From Marsupella aquatica (lineage: Eukaryota; Plantae; Marchantiophyta): 64,000 bases of DNA. Below, piece by piece: positions 39,612-52,879 of the stretch. Made by a program: the position numbers and the translations under genes. The notes beneath the pieces were generated by a model. It searched no databases, was not told the DNA's origin, and saw nothing but the letters and a program-made list of their open reading frames with translations. Location of the stretch: NCBI GenBank assembly GCA_973895155.1, contig OZ316896.1:10964795-11028794 (forward strand), given 5' to 3'. Each line of letters begins with the position of its first letter. Position 1 is the stretch's first letter.

Positions 39612-41534
39612 AACACATACTTACTGGTTGATCTTTCCAACACTCTACTACGGTGTCTTCACTGGTATGCTGGATTTGCATTATCCCTTTGTAACATGTT
39701 TGTGTCGTGAATTCTCTGCCTTCAATTAGAATTGTTTACGACGATATCTGAGGTTGATTTCGATCTGTGTTTTCACATAAACAGGTTTGCTATTCGGGAG
39801 GAATTGTTTCTAAGTTAGCCTTGTGATCGATCCTCCATAATGAATTTGATACATTCGTAGGTAGCCATCAGCAACCGTTGTCATACCAGCTAGCGGACGT
39901 GAGTACCGATCCACAGATTCCAATTGACACACAATCCCTTATCTGAATGAGGCAAGAGTAATTCATTGGGACATACTCGTTAGATCTCAAAGCTCCATTA
40001 CTCAAGTAGAAAGGCTCCCCATATTGTATACAAGCGAAAAAATTTGGAAATCTATTTTTGGTTTCTGAGGACTAGATATTCACGAAGCCTCTCGGACAGG
40101 AAGGGTCTGACTTGAGTTGGTGGTAGTCTTTGACATCTTCAATTCCGCAAACAGGAGTTTATTGGCAGAAACAGCAGTTAATAACTGAGAGGTCGTCCAG
40201 CCTTCACTTCAGACTGGAAAATTTTTGACGAATTTTGCTAGAACTGTAGCACATGATTTCAGCATCCAGACACGAGATTAGAAGTGTTCTGTCTTGAAGC
40301 TGGAAAATTTGTGCAAAAGTTGCCAAAATGAGGCAACCTGACAACAACGAAATGTCACACTGTATTACACAATGATGAGACACGAGACATTCCTCTGGTG
40401 CAACTTTTACATGATGTCCGTTGAGTTGAATCAAAATAACTCTTGGGAGGCTTGAAGTTCAGGATCGCGTAATAATTTTACTTGGTATCACCATCCTAAT
40501 AGGATCTTTTCAGAATGGATCGAAGTAGCTTCCTCCAAGTAATCGAATTATATATATAATTGTGATCGAAACTACTCTTCAAGGCATACAGGCTAGAGTC
40601 AAGCCTCTAGATTGCAACTATGGGAGCTCAACTGAAGGATGGGGTGCAAGTGCAAATCAAATGGTGTCATAGGTTTAAATGTATTCACCTCTATTTATGT
40701 TCAATGGACAGTACTTTTGCTACGCAAACTGACATAACTTAAAATTGTGTTTTTCTAGCAGATTGAAGACATTGTTTCACCACCAACATTAAAATCTGGC
40801 AGAGATACATTGACAAGAGACTGTGTAGTATTTCCATCAATTACATTTACAGTTGTGATGGCGCTACTTGTCAAGCCTTGAGAATTGTGGCCAGAGTTCT
40901 TTGTCACTGTCATAGGCAGCAACTTTGTCAGCAACAGCAAAAGCCTGAGCACTTCCACGCCATGGACCTGTGAGCTACTCAAAAACTGCATTGTCTGCAC
41001 CTGCAAGATCACCCACCACCTGCATCCAGTACAAACCCTCCTCTCTCCACTGAATCCTTGTGGACTCGACAATGCTCAGATCATATGCTTCATTGTAACT
41101 AACTGCTCTCCCTTCCTGCAACTTTCCATACATAATCTGCTGCATCGCCAGATCACAAACCTGTTTCTCCATCTGGTTGAACCACAAAGTGAACTCAGAA
41201 TTCGTGCCCAGCCAAACCTTTGAACAGCTAGGGACTACTCCCCACATAAATTCTAGCTTTACCAGTAGTTTACCATTACTTGACTGAACATTATATTCAA
41301 ACAAAAATGACTGATAATTCACCACAAAAATACTCATGAACATTATATTCAAATAAAAATGACTGATGGTTCACCACAGAAATACTCAGCCTCAACGCAT
41401 ACCTGATTGAAAAGCTATGTTGGTGACACAATTCTCAGCTTCAATCCATACCTGTCGAGCTTGAGGAAAATAGGGTGGAGCCCAGGGATTGAAATAAAAA
41501 TCCGAATGGGGCATATACTTGCGCCATCCCTACT
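38073..41534. repeat. Left arm of a large inverted segmental duplication
   Basis: Colinear with the reverse complement of 60616-64000. For example CATGAGAT..TCAATGAAGAGGATACACTCAACATTCTGT at 38073 matches the window end, and ATACTTGCGCCATCC at about 41515 matches 60620. The arm may extend further left, because its partner runs off the window. Confidence 0.95.
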
Positions 41535-41639
41535 TTCTTGGATTTCAGATTGACTTCCTTTCACTCATGGATTTCAAAGTTTGAATCTACCACTTCCCTC
41601 TGCCGATTCCAAGCTTCTAATTATAATTCTGAATCCGAC

Positions 41640-44600
41640 ATTTCAACTTGGCTTTTAACACCCGGCTAGTCTCACTACCCACTGCTAGACATCCAATTGC
41701 CTGGGCTTATCCCTGTCACACTTACAGACAACTAAAACATGACATTCCTGCTGAAAACCTACCAAAAATGTACCAAAAAAACACATAATTCGCTTCCATA
41801 TGACCACCAACAACAAGAGGCAAAGAAATCAACAAGTAGAGACAAATAAAGAGAAACTAAAAGTAGAGACCATTATTGCCAGAGATATCCAAGACAAATT
41901 CAAAGAGTGCACAAGTTGAGTAGGCCACAGAACACTGGTGGAGGCACCACAATAGAAGAGCCAAACAAGAAAGGCATGAACGACCCTAAATGTATCTCTA
42001 TATCTAAAAGTAACTAGGGACATAAGAGGATTGATTTTATGTGTCAGCACTACCAGCTCCCATACTAGTTGTGGGATCTAGTACGTAATGCCTGATACCA
42101 AATGATGCCCTTTTGAGAGATGCACAAATGTGGGGCCATTATGTTTTTCATCATTCCTGACATTTTTGCCTATATTAACTACTGGTTATTCATAACAAAA
42201 TAGAATGAAAAAGTATTTTCTCATACCAGTAAAACTAGAAACTTGAGCCTACATGGATTGCTACATTATTTTCAACTATCTCATGGACTTTGACAAGGAG
42301 ACATATCATTTTACACCTAATCATGAGATAGTCAACTGCCAATGGATGGAAAATGCTCTCATTGATTGTTTACCTACATTTTTGTTATGTTAAGAAGATT
42401 ATGTGCACCTATCAGTCAAATTAAGAATCTGGACAGAATGGACTAAAGGTACATATTTGAAATCTCTGATAGCTTCACATGGGCAAAATACTTGAAGTGC
42501 TCCTTGTCACAAGAGTAGGGTCATATGAAAAACATGATTTCCAGCAGCATCCATCTATTCATTAAAAGTGAATTATTATTTGATTTATGAACATTTGGAC
42601 AATAGAAAGTGTACATTTGGGCAAGAAATAAAGGTGATGGCCCTTTGATGTACCACCCTGTCCATCCTTTGTAAGTAAACTAGGATGAGACTCCTTCTAG
42701 TAAAGATCATTTTTGTTTCCTCAAGTTTACAATTGACCATTTAAGTGTAGAGTATTGTACTAAAGTGTACCTTTTGGAGTTAAAAAGTGTATATTTAGAG
42801 ACCAAAAAGTGAACAGTTATAGGCCTAAAAGTGATTAAAATAAAATACACTTTTAATGAATAGGGTGATTAGCTCTGTAACAAAAAAAAAGTACTTGAAG
42901 TGCTCTTTCTAACAAATGAAATGTTCTATACAATTCACAACAACACTCTCAAAATGTAGAACCTCAAGCAGCTTTGTAGCAGTAATCAGTCAAAAACATA
43001 TTATAACAAGTGCAAAGGTGTCTGAAAAATAGGATTCTGCAACAATGTTCATGCAAACTATAATTTCCCAAATAATTTTCTCTAGCTTTGCAACAGAAGA
43101 ATTATTACAATCCTAGTAACAAGAGCAATGCTCTATGAAAAATAGGATTTAGCAACATTGTTTCCAGAACTTGTAACGCATTTTGCAAAGTATCAATGCC
43201 TTAAATATCAAGCAAATGTTTAGAAAACTTACAATCCCTTTGGAAAAATTGGGCTTTAGATTTTCTCCTAGCCTCCTTGGTGGGAGTTGTTCCCTTGGTC
43301 CATGAGTCATTGTGCTGCTTGCTTCCCCCTTTTAGTGAGGCTTTTGAGGTTTACTATAAACATCAAATGAGTTACAGAACGCGCTGGTGTAGTTGTCTAG
43401 GACCTCCTACTTACAAGGGGTTCTGAGGGCCTGGGCATGAGCATTGGGTTGGCCCAATCACAGCGAGCTAAGGCACTTCATTTACTAGCGTCTATAAAGA
43501 AAGTTATGGGCCTAGCAAGTTAGTTGCATGTCCATGCGATTGGGTTGGAGTCCAGGTTGAGGACCAAATATAGTGGACCAAAGTTGATTTGGGGGTGACA
43601 AGTCTCCAGAAACATATATGAGGGGAGTGGTGTCTCATTCCCGGTCTCATTGGGGGCCAAGGGCAAGCCCAAGTCCTGACCCACAGAAGTCGAGACACTA
43701 CAGAGAAATGTCAAACAAAAATGACGATAACTTCTCAACAAGAAGTCCATTGGAGGACTCTTGGATGCATTGGAAAACTCTTAAGAATGAATACATTCTC
43801 TTGAGCTCAGTTGGGTATGGGGGTGCCTGTGGATCTCAAGGTTTGTGGCCCGGGCTATCTCGATCACTTGCCAAATCCTGCCAAAACAACAGCCAAACCA
43901 TGTTCACTTTCCTAAGGAGCTTGTGTTGGGGAGGCAATGTAGAGTAGGCTTAGGTGTTGAGGTCCAAGTGCATTTGGCCCCTATACTCTCAGTTGAGTTG
44001 GAGCCTTGGAGATGCTTGGTAGAGTTGGGACCAAAATGGTCCTGATGTTTGGGACAAGTTTATAGACAAGTTAGTTATGCGGGCCATGAACATGTCCTAG
44101 AGGCAAGGCGGTCAGCCAATGTTGAATAGAAAGTGGGGAAGCTCAGGTAGCACCCGATAGAGGGGCTAATCTGGACAAACAGTGAGTGTTGACTCTGACT
44201 TCAACTTATATATGGAAAGGCCATGCGGGGCTCGAGAGGTTCTATTCGTTGACCTACTTACCAATATCAGAGTGTTTATAATAACTATGAAGGCAGAAAG
44301 CAGGACCAGTTGCTGCTCATGGAATTTCCCAAGACAACCAGATTGACAAGCTCTTCTCCTTGTCAAGCATCATAAGTGTTTCGCTTTGTAGATTTATAGA
44401 TTTGTCCTTAACGACATTGATATTGCCTACTTATGATGTATCACAACTTACTTGACAACTTATTTACTTACTTATGCCTAATAACAAGGCTCTACTCATG
44501 TATCAAAACTAAATTGAGAACTTAGTTACTTACTGATGCCTAATTATAACAAGGCTCTACAAAAGTACCCAATTACATCTCTTGTCTTGCTGCTTCCTAT

Positions 44601-45860
44601 CAATACTTCTCATTTTGGTACCCTCATCCAAGACCATCAAGTATAATATTCATGGAGACATTGCCAAGGAGTACTTTGCACCCCATGGTAAACTACAAAA
44701 AATGTATGTTAAGCTGACATGAAGGACATCTTGGAGCACAAGGGATTTTATGCTTTCAATTTCTCTTAGCCAAAGAAACAAGTGACAAAATCGGACAAAC
44801 CGATGGTTGAGCATCATCAAAAGCATCATAGTGCGTTAATTTGGCTTTGTCAAGACACAAAGTGTGGGCAACTTTCAAAAACACTTCCTTTTGCTGCGCA
44901 GTCATGCCATCTACCCAAATGTCCTTTGGCAGCTCACTCTATTATGTCTCCAGGCTTGTGTTCCACAACTCTTTGTCCCAGGGTCCACCTCAAGTCAGAA
45001 GCCAACTAACCCAAGAACCAACCCACCTAACACTTCTTTTGAATGCAACAGTGGCTTAGCATTGCTCTCCGGCTGGCATAAAGGGAGCAATGACGGGTCT
45101 CAAATGATCATGGATAAGTGATGGTTTGTCATGGGTTCTTAGAACGTATACTCCCACAGGTCGTATATGCTTATGGGGAATGATGTACCACCCCAAGCGT
45201 AGCTGTGGACTCCTATTTTGACCATTGATTTGTATCTAACATGGACCCTCAATCTTTCAACTCATTTGTTGACGATGCTACTCACAATATCATGATCAGG
45301 TTGACCATAAGCTCCTTGTGGTGCTACTAGCAAAGGTGCTTTCTTGGACTCGATCAGGGGATATCCCGATGGGTTTGTAACAATGTATGATGTCTCAAAG
45401 TTGAGCTCAAAATCCAGCATGGCCTAATTTATCTCCATATGGTTTGCTTTTGTAGGTTCTAGGTATCTAGTTTTGCCCATCTAGTGCAGCTTGCATGCTT
45501 CATAGTGGATTTGGACTGAATTGATGTGATCTTTGAAAGGGTAACTTTGTTGAGGAGGGGTGTGTTGGTGGCTATGGAGAACTGGCCATAGAAAAACACA
45601 AGGACGCACTAGGGTCTGCACACACACAGGGGGCAATTTCAAGTCCAAGGTGAGCAAGTTTTTGAGGAAAATTGAGAGCTTCTGAATATCTATTTGCGAT
45701 GGAACCCGTACTCCACAACTGCAGTACACCATGAGCCCAGGGCCATATTGAGTTAGCTTATTTTGTAGGGTGAGCTGGGTGTCCTAGAATCAAATATTGG
45801 TACCCCATTGGTCTACATTTTGATTTTAGTAAATGATTTTATGATACCATTTCACTGTGT
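41640..45860. mobile_element. Heavily decayed LTR-retroelement-like block
   Basis: PBS-like TGGTATCAGG (minus, about 42091-42100). PPT/LTR-start-like GGGGAATGA|TGTACCACCC at about 45175, with a second TGTACCACCC at about 42649. No intact coding domains; boundaries are uncertain. Confidence 0.3.
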
Positions 45861-45868
45861 GTATTTAA

Positions 45869-46135
45869 GGTTCACCTCCACATGAGGCTACGTCCACGAG
45901 AACACACAAGAGCTTTACTGCACTCTAGGCCAAACGACCATACCAAACATCCAAAGCAAAACTCTCTATATCTCTCAACTGGCTCTGTAACAATGAGCCT
46001 GAGTTCCTACTCTCCAAGCAAGCACCACTTGGGTATAGTGTGTGCATAGCATGACTAACCTAACCTAGTCTGCAACTAAGGTTAACCCTAACTGCAGTAT
46101 AATCGTAACTCTAGACCTAAAAGTAAATCCTAACA
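45869..46135 (-). mobile_element. Truncated, more diverged LTR of the same copia family
   Basis: GGTTCACCTCCACATGAGGCTACGTCCAC...AGTAAATCCTAACA. It lacks the first ~77 bp of the LTR as read on plus, and no TSD was found. Confidence 0.93.
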
Positions 46136-46201
46136 TGTCATAGCCTAGATGGACAAAGGAGAAAACAACTCTTGTGCCTAAATTATTAAACTGAGCTATT
46201 G

Positions 46202-46686
46202 TAGATTGCCATTCTTTTTTGATATAATACATACCTTGCCACCAATGTTTCTTAATTTATCACAATGCCATTGTTTTTGTTTGAGGGGTAAGAAAATTAA
46301 TCCAGGTTAGCTCCTTTGCATTCAATGGATGTCATTGCAACAAGATTAATTTGCAATCAGATGGCCTAGATCTTCTTCAAGATAACTTTGACCACCCTTG
46401 GGTCAGTTGACGGAGGGGTGGGTCAGGTGGTTCAGTCCTCCCATCCTACGCCCAGCCTCTGTCTAGAGCCAGCTTGTCCCTGTCTCTAAACCCATCGTGG
46501 TCACCCAGGTGGTCAAAGTCACCTTGAGGGAGACAGGAGCCAATCGATTGTAAATCTGGATGCGATGACAACCATTGGATGCAAAGAAGCTAACCTGGGT
46601 TAAGAAACCACAAACAAAAACAGTGGCATTGTGATAAATAGCAAAAAAACAGTTGCAAGGTATCTATTAAAAAAAGTGGCAATCTA
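46202..46686. repeat. Foldback / long imperfect inverted repeat (arms about 200 and 185 bp, loop about 100 bp); possible MULE-type MITE
   Basis: 46202-46403 pairs with 46503-46686. Examples: TTATCACAATGCCATTGTTTTTGTTTG / CAAACAAAAACAGTGGCATTGTGATAA, CCAGGTTAGCT / AGCTAACCTGG, and ACTTTGACCACC / GGTGGTCAAAGT. Confidence 0.9.
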
Positions 46687-49600
46687 GTGAATCCCAGAAT
46701 TATCAATTTGTCATTGGTAAATCTGAGGTAACAGCATGTGTTGGAGGAAAGCCAAAATGGACCAAAAGCAATTTATATAAATTAGAGATACCAAAACCCT
46801 GCGACCCAACTTCATAAACAAAATATAATCTCTACACACGGTCCAACTGGGCCCAATAAGGCCTGTCAAAACAGGATCATAAGTGAGATACAACCAAGAA
46901 ATATATTGGTTTCAAGGCCATGACAAAAACTTACAAGCTACAGTACCTATGTTCATGTCCCATAATAATCAGACATCCAAAAGGCACAACCATAAGACTC
47001 TGCTTATGGGGGTGTTTTGACATATCCCCACTACCTGCTCCACCTTGCCTCCATCCCTTTGTTCACCCTTCCCTCCTGTAGGGCTACTTGTGCCTGCCGC
47101 CCTTCCTCATTTTGTGGGCTGCCAGGACAGTGCCCCACTGGGAGTACATGCCTCTGGTTGGAGTACCTTCCCCTGCTGGAAGTTGATTTTAGGGCATCTC
47201 AAACCTTTAAGCCCGCAAAAATATACAGTCCAAAAATACCAGTTTCAATCTGCAGTCACACGCCTGCAAACTTTTTTTGTTTTTTGCCGGGCAATTTAAT
47301 CCCGGGACAATGACCTTGACCACATACGGAGGCAAAACCAAGACTCCCTACCAGAGACTCCAGCCAGGAGTGTTCCAACCCCAGTACTGGCTCCTCCTCA
47401 GTCTTTTGACTCAGTACTCCAACTTATATTTTAGATGCAAAATTTTGCCAAATACCTCCCTAGAAAGTTTTTGACACTTTGGGGAAAAAATTCTAGATTA
47501 TTCGTATCCTATTCCCCATTTTTGCACCTAGTGACAGACCCCATTAGCTTCCCCTCAGGGGTCAAGAAATAACTCAGAAAAAAACAATAACAAATATTTT
47601 CAACATCTTCTCCTTCACAAAGTCCCACAATCATTCGCCACACCGATATTGGTCTCGGCATCGAAGTAGCTATTCCGGCCACCCATTTGGTTAAGCACTG
47701 GCAAAAAATAAATAGAACCGTTTAAAAATAGCTACTCTAAGTTCCAAAAGGCCCAACGCTGCTCCCAGTCCCAAAAGGCCCAACACCCGTACCGGAGCAG
47801 CCAGTACACTGGCTGCTCGTGTGACTGCCACCGCACCTCCCTCCAGGGCCTTGAATAATGGAGCACTTCACCGTCCCTTGGCTCTACTTCGCACTCCCTC
47901 GAGGTGTATTCTGTACTGTTCTGCCCCCGTATAGATCCCTGGTGACTGTACCCTCGGTCTCGTTTTGGAAACTTAAAGTTGGGCTGTACCAAAAAGTTAC
48001 CGCCGCTCTCAATATAAAGACCAGAGGCGCCAATTGTATTTAGATGGACTGTGGCGGGCCATATATGTGGCAGGCATGGCCCTTACACAGACCGCCCAAA
48101 ATTGCTCAGATAACAGTGATTACACTCTTGGCCTGTAAAACGGCCAGGAGACCGTTTACAACCGGTTTCACGGTTTCAGTGCCTTTGCCAGTACGTTCTG
48201 TAGACCGGCCGGCTGACATAATTATGTGGAATCGCAAATGCTTGGAGAAGTGCCCTTAACTTCTGATGTCGTCTGTAGAGGTAAGTTGTACATGTCCTAG
48301 TGCTTCATCGGTGCCAATTTTGCTTCCTTCTTGAGCAAAATATGCAGAAATGAGAATGTCTCGCATTCACATGCCACCAAAACATTTAAACTTAATAGCC
48401 AAAGCTGTGAGAAAACAGTTATGCGACACTTTTTGGGATGCTCAACAACCTTTCTGCTAGTAATTTCAACGTTTCCAGTCGAGAGAGACCTCCCAAACTC
48501 TATAGCAAATTTGCACATTCTCCACCCTAAGGCCTGAAGGGTCATTAGCTTTCTGGGAAGATTGATGGTAGTTTAACTAGGTCAAACGTTTATTGGAATG
48601 AAGATTCATCACTGGCTAAAATATAAGTAAAAGGCTCGGAGAGGTGCGTAGCACTTGATTCTAACTTGAATTTCAAACTTCTGATCCTAGTGGATCCTCT
48701 GAAATGGTCAAGACATGTTCCTGATCTCCAGGCTTCCAAATAGTTATATCCAACCAACTGCACACACAATATACAAGCCCACGTGGAGGTCCAATCCTGC
48801 CTCCCTAACCTTCCACATTTTTATGAACTGAACATAGATTGAATCATGCTTGTCCTCGACAAACTCCACTCGTCTGATGATGTTGTCCAGAGCATGACTT
48901 TCCGCCAGAAGAACCATTGAGATCTAAACCAAACATTACCCCAAAGTAAAGTTACCAACGCAACACTTAAGACAGTGGTTATTCCCATCCAATACTCAGC
49001 TGGTCCTCATGAGCCATCTGGTGTAAAATGAGCAAGCCCTTACCATAGTCCCATGGGAGTTGTGAGAGACAACGTTCAAGTCCATCATTCTGGCCGTAGC
49101 TGTCTTTAGCCAAACCACCACTGTTGATTTCATTTTGTCCGGGAATATAGCTCCTGGTTACCTGGTAGATGTTTCATCCTAGAGCCTAGAAGAGAATTTA
49201 GGTGGTGAGGACTGGCCATAATGATCCTAGTGCCTATAAGAGAATTTCCGTGGGTAATGAAGAGTCGCTTCTCTAGACTAGACCTAGAGACCATCATAGT
49301 AGTATTAGTAGAGTGGCTGTACTTTGGTGTACTATTATCAGAATTAATTTCCGTAGGTGCAGCTGACGTTATTTGGAAACCCCTCTGCATCTAGGAAAGT
49401 GTGCAGAATAATTAAGGTCGACTGTACATACGGTAGATATTTTATCGATGTCTTTTCAATGTGTTCAATGTGAAGGTTGGGGCGATTTCGACATACGTAT
49501 TGTAGCGATGGGTTTAGTCCCGTGACACTACGGACGGGTGGTGCGGTACCGACGGGGTTTCTCTGCCGAGCAGGTTCGACCTTCCGGACACGGATTACAG

Positions 49601-50670
49601 TAAGGGCGGCTTCTGGAGGACAGGAACCCTGGCAGGAGAGTTGATTGCCAAAACCCAAAGATCATCGCCTCATCCCATCACTTTGTACCTATGCAATAAC
49701 TCCCCGCCTCTAACGATATGTGGCATTCAGGCATTGCGATTGAAATACATTCACAGAATACAGTAGTACTGCACCGTGTACACAATGATCGGTAAATTAT
49801 CGGTAATCGGTAGCTTCTTTCCAAATTAAGGAACCGTAGCCGCCTTCATACCTTGCGCCGCAGGCAGTAATTGCAAGGTTACCTACTAGGAGCTGATTCC
49901 TAACCGAATACTATGACGCCGTTTGGTACGCTAGTTGATGAGACTGAGCTCGTCCGTAGCCGCAGCCGCCTTTCCCTCCCCGAATCATGTGTGCAGGACT
50001 GCGAGGGAATTATCGGCACTGTAAGACTTGAAATTCTCTCTGACTGCTAGTAGAAACGAGTTCAATGATTTGACAGCGATCGGTGGTTTTACTAAATCTC
50101 CTACTCAAGTGTGTTGAGCAGATAATTCCTGACTGTGTCTCTTGGTCACTTTCAATCATAGCTCATCGACAACTTCCGCATTTGGAAGCGTCACCTTGAG
50201 AACATTGCAGCGTTCAGAGCACAATTTTAATCGTCTTTCGATCGTACACCTGAGAGCATTTCCTGCCAGGAATTCAATCGTCAAGTAGTCAATCATGGGT
50301 ATAGCTTGGAGCTACCAGGCACATGATCCACGACAGATGGTGGACGTTCTCGTCGTGGTGTTGTCCTAGCATTACTAAGACCTCGTAGTTTCCTGTCGAG
50401 TTTTCTGCAATCTTCGGAATGATGCCCCGAACGGACTCCAGTAAACAACTTGCGACTTTGACTGCTGTTCAGTCCGCATCGAAGGTATCTTCAAGGTTTA
50501 GATGCTAAATGAATCTTTAGTTACGTAACCTGGTTATTTCCATGGGAAGGAGCTCACCATCACTCACGGCTCCACCCCGATTGTAGCTTCGCTTCGCCTG
50601 CAGTCCTTGAGAATTCGTCCCATCAGACAAGGAGCCTGGGAATTCGGTGTTTGGGTACGGCAAAAGGGTG

Positions 50671-50776
50671 ATGATGACCATGAGTACCTTGAACAGACGA
50701 GCGCTACCGAGGTCAATGTTATTCTCCGTTGCAACTGTCCTCACGCTGATGTCTACGTTTACGTACACCTCCACAG
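50671..50776 (+). CDS. Candidate alternative first exon (second signal peptide) of the TPD1-like gene
   Basis: MMTMSTLNRRALPRSMLFSVATVLTLMSTFTYTST followed by G|GTTCGT. It is 35 codons + 1 nt, so it is phase-compatible with exon 51442. Confidence 0.55.
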
Positions 50777-51072
50777 GTTCGTCTTCTCACCAGTAGAATG
50801 CCTTGGAAGTTTGAAATCGCTGATTTGAGTTGGCTATCAAGATTTTAACGTTGAAGAACGTTCGAAGATAGAGAAGAGCTTCGGAATCCTCACTTCGCCA
50901 TTTTTTCCACGTCGAATGCCATACGCCTTGGCGCTCGAACACGACTGTTAATCTCGGAACTCATTGGCATGATCCATGCTGCTGGAGTTTTGTATTATAC
51001 GGGTAACAGCTGATCATCAGTCGAGAGTATGGTCGTTCAAGGCTTTAAAAGCTCTGAATCTCAGTTGAAGCC

Positions 51073-52097
51073 ATGAATTGGTCATCAAGTCACGCCTTGA
51101 AGCGTCTTGCCACCATTCAGATGAACCTGACCATCTTGACCATCTTTGGATTAAGTGTTGTTATACTGGGTTAGTGAGATTTGTTGGCGCTGCGTCGCTT
51201 GCTGTCTTATGTTCTAGGTTGTGGCGCGGGTGCGTTTGCTTCCGTCCTAGTTTTCTCCAACGTAAGATAATAGTTCAGACGGAAGTCATACCGAGAATTT
51301 CCATCCCAACGTATTTCTTTTCGTCTGTTCAGAGGTTAGGTTCCAGGTCCTTGGTAGGCCCAGTGGACAGCTTCCTGTGGTGAAATATAGTGTAGAATCA
51401 CGATGGCATTTAATCAAACTTTTCGTTACATTACGTCGCAGGCTTCCTGAAAGCATTTGTGAGCACGAGGAGTAAAGTCACCGACAATGCAGATGTCCAT
51501 TCCTTGATCAGACCGAATGGTGTCGCTTCTTTTTTTACCACAATGACGCATCACAATCGAAGGCTTCTAGTCACTGGTGAGCATTTCTTCTCTTTTTCGG
51601 TGATTCGAAGGCGTTTGACTGTCGTGATTCAGAAGTAATTTTATAGATCTGAAGGTTTGTGATAGTGATTCGGGATTACGCTAGAGCTGTTCGCCCTTCC
51701 CTTGCTGACGTTTCTCATTTTGCTGGTGCAAGTCGAGTACCTGATAGTAGTGAGGTCGTTGTGGCACGTTGCAGGATTATGTACTAGATCTGACATATCC
51801 ATATTCCAGGCCGAGGTGAATCCCCTTCCCAATGGCATTCCAACATTCAGCGTCCAAATCATCAATTTGTGTCCGGTAGGATGTTCTGTTAGTAATATCC
51901 ACGTAGCTTGTGGATGGTTCGCTTCAGCCAAGCTTGTCAATCCACTCGTCTTCCGCCGGGTAAGGTTTAATGACTGCCTGGTTAATAACGGCGGAGCCCT
52001 TAATGGAGGTGATGTTGTAACTTTCGAATATTCGAACTCGTTTGAGTACCCGGTGAGAGTCGAAGATACGATGTCGTTTGTAAGCGTCTGTAAATGA
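51073..52097 (+). CDS. TPD1: TAPETUM DETERMINANT1-like secreted Cys-rich peptide
   Basis: Exons 51073-51169 (hydrophobic signal peptide), 51442-51576 (ends HHNRRLLVT) and 51775-52097, with both introns in phase 1. The last exon CTRSDISIFQ...PLPNGIPTFSVQIINLC..GCSVSNIHVACGWFASAKLVNPLVFRR..FNDCLVNNG is the TPD1 family domain. Confidence 0.9.
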
Positions 52098-52879
52098 AAA
52101 CTCCAATTATTCTAACTGGCTGTAAAATATGGATACTCGCGTTACTCGCATCATTAACAAGTGACATGCAAAGCACTTCGCTTGTCTTCTAGATCATTGG
52201 ATTGCAAGCTTGGATCGTACATGAGCACGATTAAATAGGCGCGTGTATATGGTAACTGAAGTTCATGATGATCATTCTGAACATACTTTGGATGGGAATA
52301 TGTTGACAGCGCGAAAAGTGGGTGGTTGTTGCTGTGCTAGGACCGAATTGCTATCATGGTATGAAAACTAGGTGCTGACTATTGCAGGGGTGCCTATTCG
52401 GGTTCAGGACAGGCATCTGCCAGTTTTATTTATGTCAGTGGGGTGGTACATTTAACAGTCATGGTCTTTCATGTAGACGTAGCACTGGCCATGGCTGGTG
52501 ACCCGCCTATTCTCTGGAATTTTGTGAAAGTAGGGTAATGTGAGTATATGATGGAAAGCTTACATCACCAGAACTACCTCTTGTTGGCTACAATTTCCTG
52601 CAATAAATTGAGTACCTCACATCTGGAAACAAGAATGTATTCAAGACACAGATTTCCTCAGTGATCAAAGTTCTAATTTTGGGGAGATCCCCATCTGAAC
52701 CCTGACGGAAAGCAGCTGTTCAACATGCTGCTGTTAGTGAGAGACTCCTGCACACACAACACAAGCAGACAGCAGCCAAAGGTCACGAAGTTAGAGTTCA
52801 GAGGCTGATGACTCCACTACGATTAATTAACTGTCCCGTTGCCCCATTCAAGCTTCTTCACAGTTTGCAGGGCTAGCAT

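Noticed and set aside
45511-45520. miR319-like TTGGACTGAA
   Set aside because: Only the first 10 nt match, and no precursor hairpin is evident.
48280-49180. LINE endonuclease remnant
   Set aside because: The composition is suggestive, but I could not read any diagnostic motif (GDFN, SRLDR, SDH) intact.
49517-49594. tRNA or tRNA-derived SINE (TCCCGTG...GGTTCGAC...CACGGA)
   Set aside because: A B-box-like GGTTCGA is present, but there is no proper A-box, D-arm or T-stem pairing. I cannot fold a cloverleaf.
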